A stretch of 63,902 nucleotides of DNA, counting the filler, from Octopus bimaculoides (lineage: Eukaryota): assembly GCF_001194135.2 (NCBI RefSeq). It is 7 parts of 7 records of this genome, joined end to end, with 100 filler letters (N's around TTAATTAATTAA, not from the genome) between each part and the next. Parts side by side here need not be neighbours in the genome. Positions count along the whole stretch, not along the records: positions 57,522 to 63,902 come from NC_068981.1; 6 more parts are not named here. One strand, written 5' to 3'. Under the pieces are notes generated by a model. That model was not told the origin of the DNA. It was given only the letters and a program-made list of their open reading frames with translations, and did no database searches. Below, piece by piece: positions 63,632-63,902 of the stretch (positions are counted from its first letter, which is position 1; each line of letters opens with the position of its first letter). A program made the position numbers and the translations under genes.

Positions 63632-63850
63632 ATATGGGAGAATATACGAAAAAACAACAACAGACGAGGACAGGTGGTGTAAATAACAAAAGGATGTATT
63701 AGTATGACGCTCGGGAATACGGAAAGTCTTTGACGTTTCGAGCTACGCTCTTCAACAGAAAGAATACGGAGACAAGGAGAAAAACACGGAGAAAAAAAAT
63801 TGAATAATGTCCAGTCAACGGTCAATCATAATAATGGCTGATCATAACAA
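63632..63850 (-). mobile_element. Repeat resembling a Penelope-type terminal repeat, containing a hammerhead
   Basis: Inferred from the embedded hammerhead architecture; no coding part is visible. Confidence 0.45.
63727..63763 (-). ncRNA. Minimal type I hammerhead motif with a CUGUUGA core variant
   Basis: Minus strand: TCTTT-CTGTTGA-A-GAGC(GTA)GCTC-GAAA-CG-TC^AAAGA. Perfect 5-bp stem I, 4-bp stem II, ACGT palindrome, GUC triplet. Confidence 0.7.
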
Positions 63851-63902
63851 TGGCTGACCGGAAGTTAGAAATTCTTTTTTCAGGAGAGCTAAGAAAAGGG
63901 GG

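Overview
AT-rich, microsatellite-dense animal genomic DNA with spliceosomal introns. The SINE, LINE and simple-repeat style suggests a cephalopod such as Octopus (inference). The window has many N gaps and six identical artificial 100-bp joins (N44-TTAATTAATTAA-N44), so it is at least seven stitched pieces. Three protein-coding genes are supported. (1) The 5' half of a secreted ceruloplasmin/hephaestin-type multicopper oxidase: + strand, 8 exons, 3790-12574, 576 codons, signal peptide plus cupredoxin domains 1-3; it is cut off shortly before a join. (2) An apparently complete 7-exon, 255-aa ankyrin-repeat gene on the - strand, 14862-25381, rebuilt by hand from splice phases. (3) One orphan CUB-domain exon on the + strand, 57963-58075. 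The rest is decayed LINEs (RTE, R4/Dong-like, L1/Tx1-like), Tc1/mariner remnants (DD37D and mariner-type), at least five SINE families and simple repeats. The most unusual signal is four minimal hammerhead-ribozyme motifs in four unrelated repeats, all with a loop-less palindromic stem III (the dimer-cleaving type). One forms the tail of a tRNA-headed SINE and lies sense in an intron of the ankyrin gene; another has a CUGUUGA core variant. Most ORFs in the supplied track are microsatellite or N-gap artefacts. All alignments and folds were done by eye; repeat boundaries are approximate.
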